A stretch of 64,000 nucleotides of DNA from Candidatus Levyibacteriota bacterium. Lineage in GTDB: Bacteria > Patescibacteriota > Microgenomatia > Levybacterales > UBA12049. A model generated the notes under the pieces. The model was not told where the DNA came from, did not search any database, and saw nothing but the letters and a program-made list of their open reading frames with translations. The first letter of the stretch is position 1, and every line of letters begins with the position of its first letter. The stretch covers positions 77,828 to 141,827 of the forward strand of contig DAIDHL010000001.1 of the NCBI GenBank assembly GCA_027459745.1, in the 5' to 3' direction. Shown here in pieces: positions 10,258 through 21,176 of this stretch. The position numbers and the translations under genes were made by a program.

Positions 10258-10308
10258 AAACCAATTATAACGTGTTTCTAAAAAATGTGATTATTTAGAA
10301 TCACTATT

Positions 10309-11883
10309 CTAATTATCTATTCCTAGCAGAATATAGTTATACTTCGGCCATGCATGTAAAATATAATAACCAGGTAGTCTAGATTTATTTTTTACTTCAG
10401 TTAGAATCAGAGGTTTGTTAACTTTGACATAATTGTCCAATGCAGTGGAATAGGGATAGACTCCGGAAGTAAATCCTGAAAAATCTGCATAGAAAGAGAG
10501 AATATTGACGGATTTATCAGTAAAAGTCGTATACATGGATGCTGATGAAGCATAAATAACAAAAGTCTTGCTAGGGTGATCCTCCAGATATAGCTTAATG
10601 CGTGTATAAATATCGTGATAGTATGTCGCATCCTGTTTAGACGTGTAAATATGTTGTAATACCGGAGGTCCAATAACTAGAGTATTTAAAGTCTTAAGTC
10701 TCCCGGTGCCATTTTCTATACGATTAGAAATTTCTGCTGAGGTTGAAATAATTAGAAGTACTACCATAAGTGCATATAAAATAGTTCTAAACTGGAGGGG
10801 TTTTCTTGTTTTTAATTCTAAATAAAGAGGAATAAAGAAATATTGATAGAGCAGGTAGCAGCTATAGGTAAAGATGGGGGTTAAGGCCCAATAAAGATGA
10901 CTCGTTTCATTGATGGGATAAGGATAATATTGCAGACAAGTAGCAATGCCCAGCAGAGATATACCTAGCATGGTAATAGCAGAGGTGTTATTGTTAGATT
11001 TGTGTAGTATCCATATTGATTTTATGAGAATAAAAACATAAAGCAATGGAACAATGACCCAGATATATAAGAAAGGATTATAAAAATAAGGAACAATTGT
11101 GTAATCTTTACCCAAAATTCTGCCCCAGATATAGCCGATTCTAATTTCTTGCAAGAAAAAATCATGCAATGCTCCATTCGCGATAAGCCAAATTAATAGT
11201 ATAAGACCTATCAGAATTAATCCAGTCCATAATGAAATCAGGGCGTAAATTAGATATTTAATGTTTATTTTTCGAAAGAAAAAAAGTAATAAATAGAACA
11301 CACTAAAAATGAAGAAAAAAATAAAGAAAGGTTGCTTAGACAATGTACTCAATGCAAATAAAATACCGATAAAAAAGGTTGTTTTCAGATCAGGAATAGT
11401 TGTTGTCCTGTAAATAAACACAAAAAAAGCGATAGTAATAAAAAAAGTAGCTACAACGTTGGGCCAGATGTAAAAATTGCTATTGAACACCGGTGATAAA
11501 CAAAGCCACAACAAGGTAAAAATAAGTGAGAGTACTTTAGAAGTAAATTTACGTGATATAAAATAAAGAAGAGTTCCATTTAAAGAATATATAAATGCCG
11601 TCCAGAGTTTAAGTGAAATTAAATATGGTCCAAGTAATCTAAGAATCAATGAGTCTAATAGTATATAAAGAGGACCATATTGTGTGAAAGTGTCGCGGAA
11701 AAGCATTTTTCCATTCATAAGATCTAAAGCCGGTTTAAACATCACTCCGTCATCGACCATATCTACTCCTCTAAATGTAAAAGGTAAGAGTACAAGAAAT
11801 ATTATTAGTGCTAATGTTACTGCGAATAAAATATCAGCTAATTCCAAGTTTAATATTTTCATTACCGACTTTTTTACTCTCAT
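10309..11883 (-). CDS. GT-C fold membrane glycosyltransferase (ArnT/PMT-like)
   Basis: Acidic DDG in first loop, LFRDTFTQYGPL, many TM helices, SKQ motif. Confidence 0.7.
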   Translation of the reverse strand: MRVKKSVMKILNLELADILFAVTLALIIFLVLLPFTFRGVDMVDDGVMFKPALDLMNGKMLFRDTFTQYGPLYILLDSLILRLLGPYLISLKLWTAFIYSLNGTLLYFISRKFTSKVLSLIFTLLWLCLSPVFNSNFYIWPNVVATFFITIAFFVFIYRTTTIPDLKTTFFIGILFALSTLSKQPFFIFFFIFSVFYLLLFFFRKINIKYLIYALISLWTGLILIGLILLIWLIANGALHDFFLQEIRIGYIWGRILGKDYTIVPYFYNPFLYIWVIVPLLYVFILIKSIWILHKSNNNTSAITMLGISLLGIATCLQYYPYPINETSHLYWALTPIFTYSCYLLYQYFFIPLYLELKTRKPLQFRTILYALMVVLLIISTSAEISNRIENGTGRLKTLNTLVIGPPVLQHIYTSKQDATYYHDIYTRIKLYLEDHPSKTFVIYASSASMYTTFTDKSVNILSFYADFSGFTSGVYPYSTALDNYVKVNKPLILTEVKNKSRLPGYYILHAWPKYNYILLGIDN

Positions 11884-12099
11884 GAATATATTTTATACTA
11901 CTAACGTAATATAACTTATACCAATGCTAAAGATAAGTAAATTATTAATAGATTCTTTTCATTAAAATGAAGTAATATTATTAATTGTTTAAAGAATCAA
12001 AAATCTCCTTGCATACATTTTTATTACAAATTTATTGACATTCTCTAACAGTTGACTTTGACAAGTATATTTTAGTCTGTTATATTCTCCACTCTGCCT

Positions 12100-13626
12100 A
12101 TGAAAATAGTTAGACCTAGCAAATTCATTCTTTCAGGATTTTTAAGTCTTTTTATATTATCAGCTGGTATTTTGGTTCGTATTCCAATTACTTCCGCTGA
12201 TTCTACCAACCCTCCACAAATTTCCACTACTGCTCCTTCTTCCAATACCATAACTATTACTTTAACATTTACACAATCTGTACCCCAAGGTAATATAATC
12301 GATCTGGAATTATATAACTCTTCACATCAAAAATCATTTCAATCATTTACGACTGCGGGGGGAACCACATATACTGTCACTACAACAGCTTTGCCAGCTG
12401 GAGTTTACACAGTTGAATCAGGACTTTTTAATCCTAATTGGTCTAGTAATTATGCCTGGTTTTCTAATCTATCAACAGTAACCATCTTTTCAACCTGTGG
12501 ACCAGTAGTTACCCAAAACAGTACTTCCACAGTCAGTTCTTCAGCAGTCAATGTGGTACCTTCACCTACAATTATAACCACAACACCTACAGTTATTCCT
12601 GTTTCTCCTACGCCGACTTCCACAGTTCAAACAGCTAATACAAATTTAACAGTATATAATGCAGCTCAAAATGCTTACAACCAGTGGAAGTCTATTTATG
12701 TGAAATCAGTAAGTTCTGGTGTCTTAAGGGTAATTCGTCCTGAAAATAATAATGACACAGTCAGCGAAGGAATTGGCTATGGTATGTTATTGAGTGTTTT
12801 TGCTGGAGACAGAACAACATTTGATGGATTATGGGCATATGGACAAAAGTTTCTAGACGGAAAAGGACTTATGAATTGGAATATTGATCAAAATGGTAAT
12901 GTAATTGGGCAAGGATCTGCCACAGATGCAGATGAGGATATGGCATATGCATTGATCAAGGCTAATTCCAAATGGCCAAATAGTGGATATGACAATGCAG
13001 CACGTAATCTAATTGATCATATGAAGTCCACTGAGTTGATTAGTGGCAACTATCTAAATCCTGGAGATAATTGGGGACAAACTAATGTTATGAATCCTTC
13101 ATATCTCGCACCTTCATATTATCGTTCATTTGCTCAAATTACAGGTGATAATGATTGGAATTATATAGCTTCATCTAGCAGTTCATGGCTGAATCAAGCT
13201 GCCAACTCAACTACGGGTCTATTGCCTGATTGGTTAAATAATAACTTCTCCAATGCTAATATTTCTTTCGATCAGTATACCAATGATTTTTATTATGATG
13301 CGGTGCGAACACCTATTCGTTTACTCCTGGATTATAAATCTAACGGTGATACAAATGCTCAGAATATCTTACAAAAGCAATCAAATTTCTTTACTAAAGT
13401 TGGTTTAAGTAATTTAAAAAGCGGATATACCTTATCTGGTCAAGCAATATCTTCATATTTAGATACTACGTTTATTGCAGCCTATGCTGCAGCTGGTCAA
13501 GTTAATCCCACTTCCTCCTATGCACAACAGAGCCTTAGTGAGTTAATTAATAATTCACCAACAGGTTATTATGGCACATCTCTACGAGCAATTACTTTAT
13601 ATATAATAGCTGGAGCTGCAGAGTAG
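12100..13626 (+). CDS. Secreted glycoside hydrolase family 8 with N-terminal Ig-like domain and P/T linker
   Basis: Signal peptide; TVSEGIGYGML, ATDADEDMAYAL, NPSYLAP, TGLLPDW, YYDAVR. Confidence 0.9.
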   Translation: MKIVRPSKFILSGFLSLFILSAGILVRIPITSADSTNPPQISTTAPSSNTITITLTFTQSVPQGNIIDLELYNSSHQKSFQSFTTAGGTTYTVTTTALPAGVYTVESGLFNPNWSSNYAWFSNLSTVTIFSTCGPVVTQNSTSTVSSSAVNVVPSPTIITTTPTVIPVSPTPTSTVQTANTNLTVYNAAQNAYNQWKSIYVKSVSSGVLRVIRPENNNDTVSEGIGYGMLLSVFAGDRTTFDGLWAYGQKFLDGKGLMNWNIDQNGNVIGQGSATDADEDMAYALIKANSKWPNSGYDNAARNLIDHMKSTELISGNYLNPGDNWGQTNVMNPSYLAPSYYRSFAQITGDNDWNYIASSSSSWLNQAANSTTGLLPDWLNNNFSNANISFDQYTNDFYYDAVRTPIRLLLDYKSNGDTNAQNILQKQSNFFTKVGLSNLKSGYTLSGQAISSYLDTTFIAAYAAAGQVNPTSSYAQQSLSELINNSPTGYYGTSLRAITLYIIAGAAE

Positions 13627-13717
13627 AATTTAACTTTAATAACGATAAATTACGAGCATCTGGGGAGTTATTTAATACTTAGACAATTTTGCGTGTATCC
13701 GTTATACTAACGGCAAG

Positions 13718-15142
13718 ATGCTCAAGCCAGTTTGGGATAGTAAAACTTCTCAGAATTTCAATTCTAATTTTGACTGTTATATTGCTGAAGCACTGTTGTG
13801 TGAAGGACGTTCATTTAGGAATGAAGCTGAAACAATCAAAAAATATAAGGTTTCCTCCTTACAACAATTAGCTATAAAGCAAGAAGAACTATTAAATCAA
13901 TTTCCTCAACTTTTAAGATTATTTTCCCAAATTGAAATGCCGTTAGCAAGAGTTTTGTATCACATGGAACAAAGAGGTATTTTGCTTGATACAGCCCATT
14001 TAAAACATGTAGGCCAACAAATTGAAGGTCTGATCTTAGAGTTAGAAGAAAAAATTAATAAAGAGACTGGGGGAGGAGTGAATATAAATTCTCCTATACA
14101 ACTTGGGCATTTTTTAGTTGAAAAAGTTGGAGTACCCTTAGGCAGAACCAAAACGGGTAAATATGCTACAAATGAAGGTGAATTATCACTCTATAAAGAC
14201 CAATTTCCAATTATTTCATTGCTGTTAAGCTATCGTGAATTAACGAAATTACGTTCAACTTATGTAGAAAGCTTAATTACCAAAGTAGACGGACAGAGTC
14301 GAGTGCATACAACTTACAATCAGGTCTATGTTAATACTGGACGTTTAGCATCATCAAATCCCAATTTGCAAAACATTCCCGTTTCTTCGCCGATTGGCTT
14401 AGAAATTAAATCGTGTTTTGTTGCTTCACCAGGTATGAAACTTGTGTCTTTTGATTACTCTCAGCAAGAGTTAAGGGTTCTGGCGCATCTGGCTGGTGAA
14501 AAAGAATTGATCAAAGCCTTTCAGAATAATCAAGACGTCCACACCTTGACTGCCAGTAAGCTATTCAATATCCCATATGAAAATATTTCCAAACAACAAA
14601 GAGCGGTAGGCAAAACCATCAATTTTGGTATCATTTACGGCATGAGCAGTTATGGTATGAGTACTGGTTTGCATATCTCCGAAACAGATGCTGCACAGTT
14701 TATTAAAAATTTTTACACCTCATATCCAAGTATTAAAACTTATTATGACGAATATTTGAAAAATGCCAAGATTAATGGTGTAGTTGAGACATTATTAGGA
14801 CGCAGACGTTATGTTTTTGATTTTCCTGGGCAGAGGTTTATTAGCAATAATATGCGTAGAGTTTTAATGAACTACCCTATCCAAGGGTCAGCCGCTGACT
14901 TGATGAAAAAAGCAATGGTAGAGGTACAGGAAAAAGTTTTAAACAATCATCCGGAAATTTATTTATTACTTCAAATTCATGATGATTTAGTTTTTGAAAT
15001 CCCTGACAAGGATGAAGCTAAATTAAATCAACTTATTGAGGAAATTAAAAAATCATTATGTCTGGTCTACCCTTTGGCAGTGCCTTTAGTAGTTGATGTT
15101 AAAATTGGTAAAAAATGGGGTGAGTTAGAAAGTGTTAAATAA
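13718..15142 (+). CDS. polA: DNA polymerase I, polymerase domain only (family A)
   Basis: TGRLASSNPNLQNIP, DYSQQELR, KTINFGIIYG, PIQGSAAD, QIHDD; no 5' nuclease domain. Confidence 0.92.
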   Translation: MLKPVWDSKTSQNFNSNFDCYIAEALLCEGRSFRNEAETIKKYKVSSLQQLAIKQEELLNQFPQLLRLFSQIEMPLARVLYHMEQRGILLDTAHLKHVGQQIEGLILELEEKINKETGGGVNINSPIQLGHFLVEKVGVPLGRTKTGKYATNEGELSLYKDQFPIISLLLSYRELTKLRSTYVESLITKVDGQSRVHTTYNQVYVNTGRLASSNPNLQNIPVSSPIGLEIKSCFVASPGMKLVSFDYSQQELRVLAHLAGEKELIKAFQNNQDVHTLTASKLFNIPYENISKQQRAVGKTINFGIIYGMSSYGMSTGLHISETDAAQFIKNFYTSYPSIKTYYDEYLKNAKINGVVETLLGRRRYVFDFPGQRFISNNMRRVLMNYPIQGSAADLMKKAMVEVQEKVLNNHPEIYLLLQIHDDLVFEIPDKDEAKLNQLIEEIKKSLCLVYPLAVPLVVDVKIGKKWGELESVK

Positions 15143-15160
15143 TTATTTAAAAATAGCATT

Positions 15161-15712
15161 TTACTTTTGTAGACGAGAAAGCACTTTATCAAAATTTCTT
15201 AATAAAATTTTCTTCAAGTTATTTTTCCCATTAATTTTTATTGTTCGGTTACTTTGCCGTATTGCTTTTTCAATCAGTCTTTTTTGACGGGTACCAATAG
15301 CAGGTAATTCATCAAACGCAAAGAAACCAAAGTCTTTAACTTCGTCGGAAGCTTTAAATTTACCAGAGATGAATCTTCCGTAACAACTAATTTCCAGCCG
15401 GGCAGTCTCTTGGTCTGTGGACGTCTCTAGTAATTTATCTATTTTTGTTTTCATTCCTGTTTCTTCCCAAACTTCTCGTTCGGCACCATCTTTAGGATGT
15501 TCACCTGCTTTTAAATATCCACCCGGTAAGCTCCAAGGAGTCTGGCGGTATGTGTGTTCCAAAAGCAATATCTCATTTTTGTCATTAAATATAACAGCCA
15601 CAACACCTACCAAAAATTCGTCGTTAAGGAAGCGCATAATTAGTAATTGAACATGTTTAGGCAATCGTAAAAAACGCCAAGTATAGGCAATAAATCTTTT
15701 CATAACAAGCAT
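15161..15712 (-). CDS. NUDIX hydrolase
   Basis: LPGGYLKAGEHPKDGAEREVWEETG Nudix box. Confidence 0.9.
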   Translation of the reverse strand: MLVMKRFIAYTWRFLRLPKHVQLLIMRFLNDEFLVGVVAVIFNDKNEILLLEHTYRQTPWSLPGGYLKAGEHPKDGAEREVWEETGMKTKIDKLLETSTDQETARLEISCYGRFISGKFKASDEVKDFGFFAFDELPAIGTRQKRLIEKAIRQSNRTIKINGKNNLKKILLRNFDKVLSRLQK

Positions 15713-15743
15713 GTAAATAGTTTAACAGATTGTCGAGGATGTT

Positions 15744-18700
15744 TTATATCTGAATATTTTTGTTGCTCTTTTCTTTGTGTCTTTTTTTAAAAAGAAAAAA
15801 GATTATGACTGATAAAATCATGATTATGATAATCAATATACTCATAAAAATCCAGATTATTGGAGTAAGTGCAATATTTGTTAACTGAACTTTCAGGGTC
15901 AATGTTTGATCTTTTTGTTTTCCGGTGATGGAAATATTTTGTTCTCCGTTGTAGCCATTGTAAGCCAATATTACTTGATGGTGTCCGGATTCAATATTCG
16001 TAAAATGGGCTACGCCATTTTTATCAGTTAAAGCTTTCTGAATTTTGGAATGTAATGTGACCCAAACTCCAGCCATGGGTGTTCCTGCCAAACTCAACAC
16101 TTTTACATTAAGATTTATTCCCGTCTGTAAGACTTCTTTTTGTGCCTTAATCAGAGTTTCTGGTTGATTATTACACGGTAACTTTAGAATTTGTCCAGAA
16201 GAAAGTCCAGATGATGTTAGGTTGTTTAACTTTTCCAATTGCATATACTGGCTACCATCATTTAGTTTAGATTCTGCAATTGACCAGAGGCTATCTCCGG
16301 GTAAAACAGTATAAGTGCATAAATTTGAAGGTTGAGTTGTTAATTTTTCAGAAATAATACTGATCTTCTTATTTTGATCTGGTGACGGGGTAGGAGAAAA
16401 ATAACTAGTTGGGGCACCAGAATTAGTATTTTCACTAGAGTTAGTTTTTATTGAGGCAGTATTAGACCAATTGCCAGTAGCACATCCATTTCCTCCTCTG
16501 ACTGAAAAGTAATATGTAAGATTTGGTTGTAAATCATTAACAGTATAACTTACAGCCCCATTTTGGTCTGACTCAGAAAATGAAGTAGCGAATTGACTCT
16601 CACTAGCATCGTAACCATAACGGATATAGTAACTATCTGCATTGCCGACTGGAGTAAAATATAGAGTCACAGAGTTAGTGGTAGGATTTAATTGATAAAG
16701 ATTAGGAGTTCCAGTCGGTTGGGATTGCGAACAAACAGGAGCTTTTGGACTATTGGAGGACGAATTAGACGTTGAATTGGCAGTAGAAGCAGAACTCCAT
16801 TGCGCATAAAGCGTAATTCCATTATAAGGCATATTTATTGTGGCGCCCGGAGAATAAGAAGTTAAGGTACCGTCTGCTGCTGTATTCCATCCGGATAGAG
16901 TATATCCATTCCGCGTAGCACTTGGAAGTGTGATGTTAGTATTGTAGCCTTGAGATATCGAATTTATAGTATTGCCACCTTGTGTATTAAAAGTTATTGT
17001 ATAAGTATTCGGTGTGAAACTGGCTGTTATACTGCACGCAGCGTTAATTGCTCCTGTTGTATAAGAGTTACCACTAAGAGAGCCACTACAGCCTGTTACA
17101 GAACTTATGCTATAACCTATAGAAGCAGTAACAGTGAAAGGATATGTGTTACCGCTAACAACGTTCCAGCTACTAGGGCTGATTGTTCCCCCTGAGCCTG
17201 CAGTAGCGGTTACGGGATACAGGGTAATAGACCCAGCTCCTGCTACATCTACCTCTCGATATGTTGAGGCAGATGCTCCTGCATAATCAGTTGCCGTGAC
17301 AGTCACTATTCTATTAGCACTGCCCGCTGTAGTGGTATAAAAACGTATATTTTGTAACATAGCTTGTACAATAGTATTTGTTGCTCCGCTATCAAATGTT
17401 AGTGTTAATGTTCCATTTCCCGTGACTGATCCTCCACTGGGAGAAATAGCACCTACAGGGTTACCATTGTATTTAAGTATGGTGCCAGAAACTGTAATAT
17501 TTGTTCCACTAAGAGATAATGTATCTTGAGTGATTGAATTTGAAGTTATTTGTGCAACTAAACTTCCTCCATTCCAGTTACTATCACCATCTGGATCATA
17601 TACAGTTCCTGCTGAATCCAATTGAGTTGCGCTAGCACCGGGTGAATAAGATAAAGGTGTACTATTTAAAGAAATTGTAGGCGGGTGATTAACTGCATTA
17701 ACTGTTCCGTTGGGACTAGCGGTTAAAGTATATGTTACGCCAATTAAATCTATTGTAGTAGTTCCATAAGTAAATTGGGTATCATTATTAGCTACCCCAG
17801 AACCATAATCTCCAGTCGTTGCTCCTGAGACAATATGATTAACATCAACAGTATCTACAATCTGTCCATTATTTTCTAGAAGTAATTTATCATTACCGTG
17901 GAAATCCCAAATCCTGTCTTGAGTAGCATTGTCTGCTGAATCTACGACGAAAGTAGTATCTGTACCTAGACCAAATAACTCATTACTACCACCTTTTCCG
18001 TTAATGGTAGCGCTACCAGTACCGTAATTGGGGAAATTTCTTAGCAAGTTTTGTAAAACAGAAAGTGTAAAATAATTATAAATAGCCCCACTTGCGTCAT
18101 AATACCAGTGCTGATTAGTATCCCCATTTTGTGCGTTTGTGGATCCACTTCCGCCTTTAGCTCCGCCAAATCCGCCACCGCCACCCCCATTGTAACTGTT
18201 ATATGCTCCTCCCAACCCTTGATTATTTAACCAGTCATAACCTGAATTGCCGCCATTACCGCCGATAGAACCAGTAGCATTTACGCCATTACTAACACCA
18301 TTACATGTAACCATTGGTCCATTTGTGCCACCGTTTAAAGTTCCTCCACCACCGCCGCCTCCGCATATACCTCCAGTTGCTCCACCGGGGGGTGCACCGA
18401 AGTTTCCTCCTGCAGCTCCGCCACCGCCTCCTCCCAAACCCCCGTCGCCGGGATAAAAAGCTCCGGCAGCCGTATCTCTACCGTTAAACCCATGACCAAA
18501 AATAATGTCGTTGCCTGAGCCACCTGTTAAAGTATTGTTACCACTTCCTCCATATCCTCCACGTACATCAGGTGTATAACCAACAGAGCGCCCTCCTGCA
18601 CCGCCACCGCTGCCGTTACCAAAAATGACATTATTGGCTGAGCTGGTGGCTAGATTAATAGTGACGTCTGCACTACCGCCATTTCCTCCAGCAGCGCCGG

Positions 18701-18866
18701 TAGATCCTCCCGCACCGCCACCCCCTGCACCAGTACCGATAACAAAATATCCGCCTGAAGCAAAAGCATGAGTAGAAATTTGCAAGAATAAGCAGCTAAA
18801 AAAGAAAAATATACCAACTATACGCCAATGCCACATAATCAAAGCAGGAATATATCCCGTGTACAT
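15744..18866 (-). CDS. Large modular cell-surface protein (Gly-rich/RTX-like, Ig-like, InlB B-repeat, FN3, LysM, C-terminal TM)
   Basis: Signal peptide, LTGGSGNDII, FNTQGG..GWNTAADG..LYAQW, NDLQPNLTYYFSVR, YTVLPGDSLWSIAE, TM plus basic tail; start may be 18836. Confidence 0.8.
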   Translation of the reverse strand: MYTGYIPALIMWHWRIVGIFFFFSCLFLQISTHAFASGGYFVIGTGAGGGGAGGSTGAAGGNGGSADVTINLATSSANNVIFGNGSGGGAGGRSVGYTPDVRGGYGGSGNNTLTGGSGNDIIFGHGFNGRDTAAGAFYPGDGGLGGGGGGAAGGNFGAPPGGATGGICGGGGGGGTLNGGTNGPMVTCNGVSNGVNATGSIGGNGGNSGYDWLNNQGLGGAYNSYNGGGGGGFGGAKGGSGSTNAQNGDTNQHWYYDASGAIYNYFTLSVLQNLLRNFPNYGTGSATINGKGGSNELFGLGTDTTFVVDSADNATQDRIWDFHGNDKLLLENNGQIVDTVDVNHIVSGATTGDYGSGVANNDTQFTYGTTTIDLIGVTYTLTASPNGTVNAVNHPPTISLNSTPLSYSPGASATQLDSAGTVYDPDGDSNWNGGSLVAQITSNSITQDTLSLSGTNITVSGTILKYNGNPVGAISPSGGSVTGNGTLTLTFDSGATNTIVQAMLQNIRFYTTTAGSANRIVTVTATDYAGASASTYREVDVAGAGSITLYPVTATAGSGGTISPSSWNVVSGNTYPFTVTASIGYSISSVTGCSGSLSGNSYTTGAINAACSITASFTPNTYTITFNTQGGNTINSISQGYNTNITLPSATRNGYTLSGWNTAADGTLTSYSPGATINMPYNGITLYAQWSSASTANSTSNSSSNSPKAPVCSQSQPTGTPNLYQLNPTTNSVTLYFTPVGNADSYYIRYGYDASESQFATSFSESDQNGAVSYTVNDLQPNLTYYFSVRGGNGCATGNWSNTASIKTNSSENTNSGAPTSYFSPTPSPDQNKKISIISEKLTTQPSNLCTYTVLPGDSLWSIAESKLNDGSQYMQLEKLNNLTSSGLSSGQILKLPCNNQPETLIKAQKEVLQTGINLNVKVLSLAGTPMAGVWVTLHSKIQKALTDKNGVAHFTNIESGHHQVILAYNGYNGEQNISITGKQKDQTLTLKVQLTNIALTPIIWIFMSILIIIIMILSVIIFFLFKKRHKEKSNKNIQI

Positions 18867-19125
18867 ACATTATGTACATATATTTATTCACTCTGCAATA
18901 AGAAAAAAAATAGAATTTATGTTATATTTTAGGGTTAAAATTAGATATTATTATTGTCCAACTATCAGGTTAGTTGAGGAAAGTTCAGGGATTTTCTGCA
19001 AATAGGTGATGTTCCAGCATCAAACCAAAAAATTATATAAGAACACCTCGATGACCTTAGATTCAGCAACAAGCGAGAGGCTGTAGACTCTACATATAGA
19101 TTAAAATATTGCTATAATTAAGCCC

Positions 19126-19707
19126 ATGATTAGTGAAGACTTTGTTTATTTGGGTGTAATCATTGCAAGTATTGGAGGGTTAAGTTACTTGTTTTATACA
19201 GTTAAAGGTAAAGTAAAGCCCAATAAGGTCACATACTTATTGTGGGCTATCGCCCCATTAGTTGCATTTATTGCTGAGGTCCAACAAGGAGTTGGAGTAC
19301 AATCGCTACTTACTTTTATTGTTGGATTTTTACCTTTGTTAATATTTATTGCCTCCTTTTTTAACAAAAAATCAGAATGGAGGATTACTAAGTTTGATCT
19401 TTTATGTGGAGGGCTATCTATCATAGGTATCATTTTTTGGTTATTAACCCAAGTAGGGAATATAGCTATCACTTTTAGCATTTTGGCAGATGGTTTGGCC
19501 GCTTTACCTACGTTAGTCAAGGCATATAAATATCCGGAAACAGAAAGTGGATGGACTTATTTAACTAATAGTTTTAGCTCTGCGATAACACTTTTGACAA
19601 TAACTAAATGGACTTATGCATCTTACGCCTTTCCTGTTTATTTATTCATTATCTCGTTTCTGATCTATGTTTCAGCTAGTTTTAAAATAGGAAGGCACTT
19701 AAGATAA
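19126..19707 (+). CDS. Membrane protein of unknown function (PQ-loop-like)
   Basis: About 7 TM; KPNKVTYLLW and LPTLVKAYKYPETES. Confidence 0.6.
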   Translation: MISEDFVYLGVIIASIGGLSYLFYTVKGKVKPNKVTYLLWAIAPLVAFIAEVQQGVGVQSLLTFIVGFLPLLIFIASFFNKKSEWRITKFDLLCGGLSIIGIIFWLLTQVGNIAITFSILADGLAALPTLVKAYKYPETESGWTYLTNSFSSAITLLTITKWTYASYAFPVYLFIISFLIYVSASFKIGRHLR

Positions 19708-19748
19708 TATATTACCAAGAATGCTGTCTTTATATAGGTCTAAAGTGT

Positions 19749-20042
19749 ATGGATTTATATCAAAAATTGTTAGTTATGATAGAAATATTTAAAATAGAGC
19801 CACCAATAACCGTTAAAGTAGGAAAAAATAACGTGGACGTGTCAAGTTTGAGAAGAGATATTGACAGAACTGGCGTACAACCTCCAGCATATATGCTAAT
19901 TACCCTTAGACAGGGAAGCGAATTTGGAGCTAATAGTTATGGCGTTCTTCATGTGGAAAAAACTGTTTTTGAGGCAGTTCTTAATGATGCTAATAGTTCC
20001 CCCAACTATAAGGTAACTATAAACAAAACCCCCCTTAGATAA
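19749..20042 (+). CDS. Hypothetical protein
   Basis: 97-aa ORF, no recognised motif. Confidence 0.45.
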   Translation: MDLYQKLLVMIEIFKIEPPITVKVGKNNVDVSSLRRDIDRTGVQPPAYMLITLRQGSEFGANSYGVLHVEKTVFEAVLNDANSSPNYKVTINKTPLR

Positions 20043-20211
20043 GAGTTTAAATTATACTAAGTTCTAAGATTTATAAATCAAAGTCGTTTTCAGAGCGATG
20101 GTTGTAGTTTTTTTATACTTTGCTCTAGCTTATAAATTTTTTAATAAAATTACTATAAAATTTCGCTTAATTTCTTACCCAACATATATAAAACCGAACT
20201 ATGATAGAAAA

Positions 20212-20868
20212 ATGAAATATTTTTTTGGTTGGACATTGATAACGTTAATTATAATATTTCTGGTTATATTTGCATTAATCTATACAGTTGATAGTAAGGT
20301 ACTCAAAAATAACTTTGCTCCGACGCCTACACATAGTGCATATATAATTTCGCCAACTAAAGTTCCGACCTCTTCCCCTACAGCATCATATATAACTCCA
20401 GTGTCTGCTATCTCAAGCACAGTTTCATATTGTAGACCCATTCAACTACAAGCCACGATTACACTGATTCCAGGAGCAGGTAATATTTACGGAAAATTTA
20501 AGATCAAGAACATATCTAGTACTAGTTGTGCAATCCTGACAACAAAATTTATTCAAGTTGTTTATGATACACAAAAAGTAACCAGTGTTGTGGTTACAGA
20601 TGAGGGAACTAATCCTGCTTCTCCTCTGACTATTGCTGCTGGGCAAACAATTTATTCTCAAGTCCATTATCCTAACGGACCCCAATGCAGCGGTGCTCCG
20701 GTTTTAACTCCGGTTAAGTTCAAGTTGCCTGTTTCGCCTGGTAATTCGATTACTTTTGCCAATACTGAAAATAATAGTACAATTCAGCAAGTTCAGACTT
20801 GTAAGTCTGCCAATGAAGTAACTAACATAGAAATTTGGCATCTTTCTACCCCACCAATCACTTCATAA
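20212..20868 (+). CDS. Membrane-anchored DUF4232-like protein
   Basis: N-terminal TM, P/T linker, C..QL...GAG.I.....KNISSTSC; start chosen from TATGAT-N6-ATG. Confidence 0.6.
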   Translation: MKYFFGWTLITLIIIFLVIFALIYTVDSKVLKNNFAPTPTHSAYIISPTKVPTSSPTASYITPVSAISSTVSYCRPIQLQATITLIPGAGNIYGKFKIKNISSTSCAILTTKFIQVVYDTQKVTSVVVTDEGTNPASPLTIAAGQTIYSQVHYPNGPQCSGAPVLTPVKFKLPVSPGNSITFANTENNSTIQQVQTCKSANEVTNIEIWHLSTPPITS

Positions 20869-21176
20869 CAATGTACAGATAAAAGCTTTTTTAACGTCTT
20901 TCAATATATTCATTGCTTCGACATAGGTAAGTAATAACGGTAAGGATAAAAATAATAGCTGAAATGCCAAAAACAAAAATCTATAAAGTTTGTATAAAAC
21001 TTATAAAAATCAATGTAAGGATTTGCATATTACTGTAATTGATTTTAAGTATGTGAAAAATTTTTGATAAAGTTGGTTAGATAAATAAATTTCCCCAAGC
21101 CTCATACTGATGTTTACTTATCTCTTACGAGAACGTTGTAGGAATTTAACGCTTGCTTACCAAAATATAAATAGGC

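Noticed and set aside
18960-19110. GAGGAAAGTTCAGGG resembles the RNase P RNA 5' motif
   Set aside because: Too little space and no matching 3' P4 strand. One frame looks like a decayed ORF with stops that I cannot assign.
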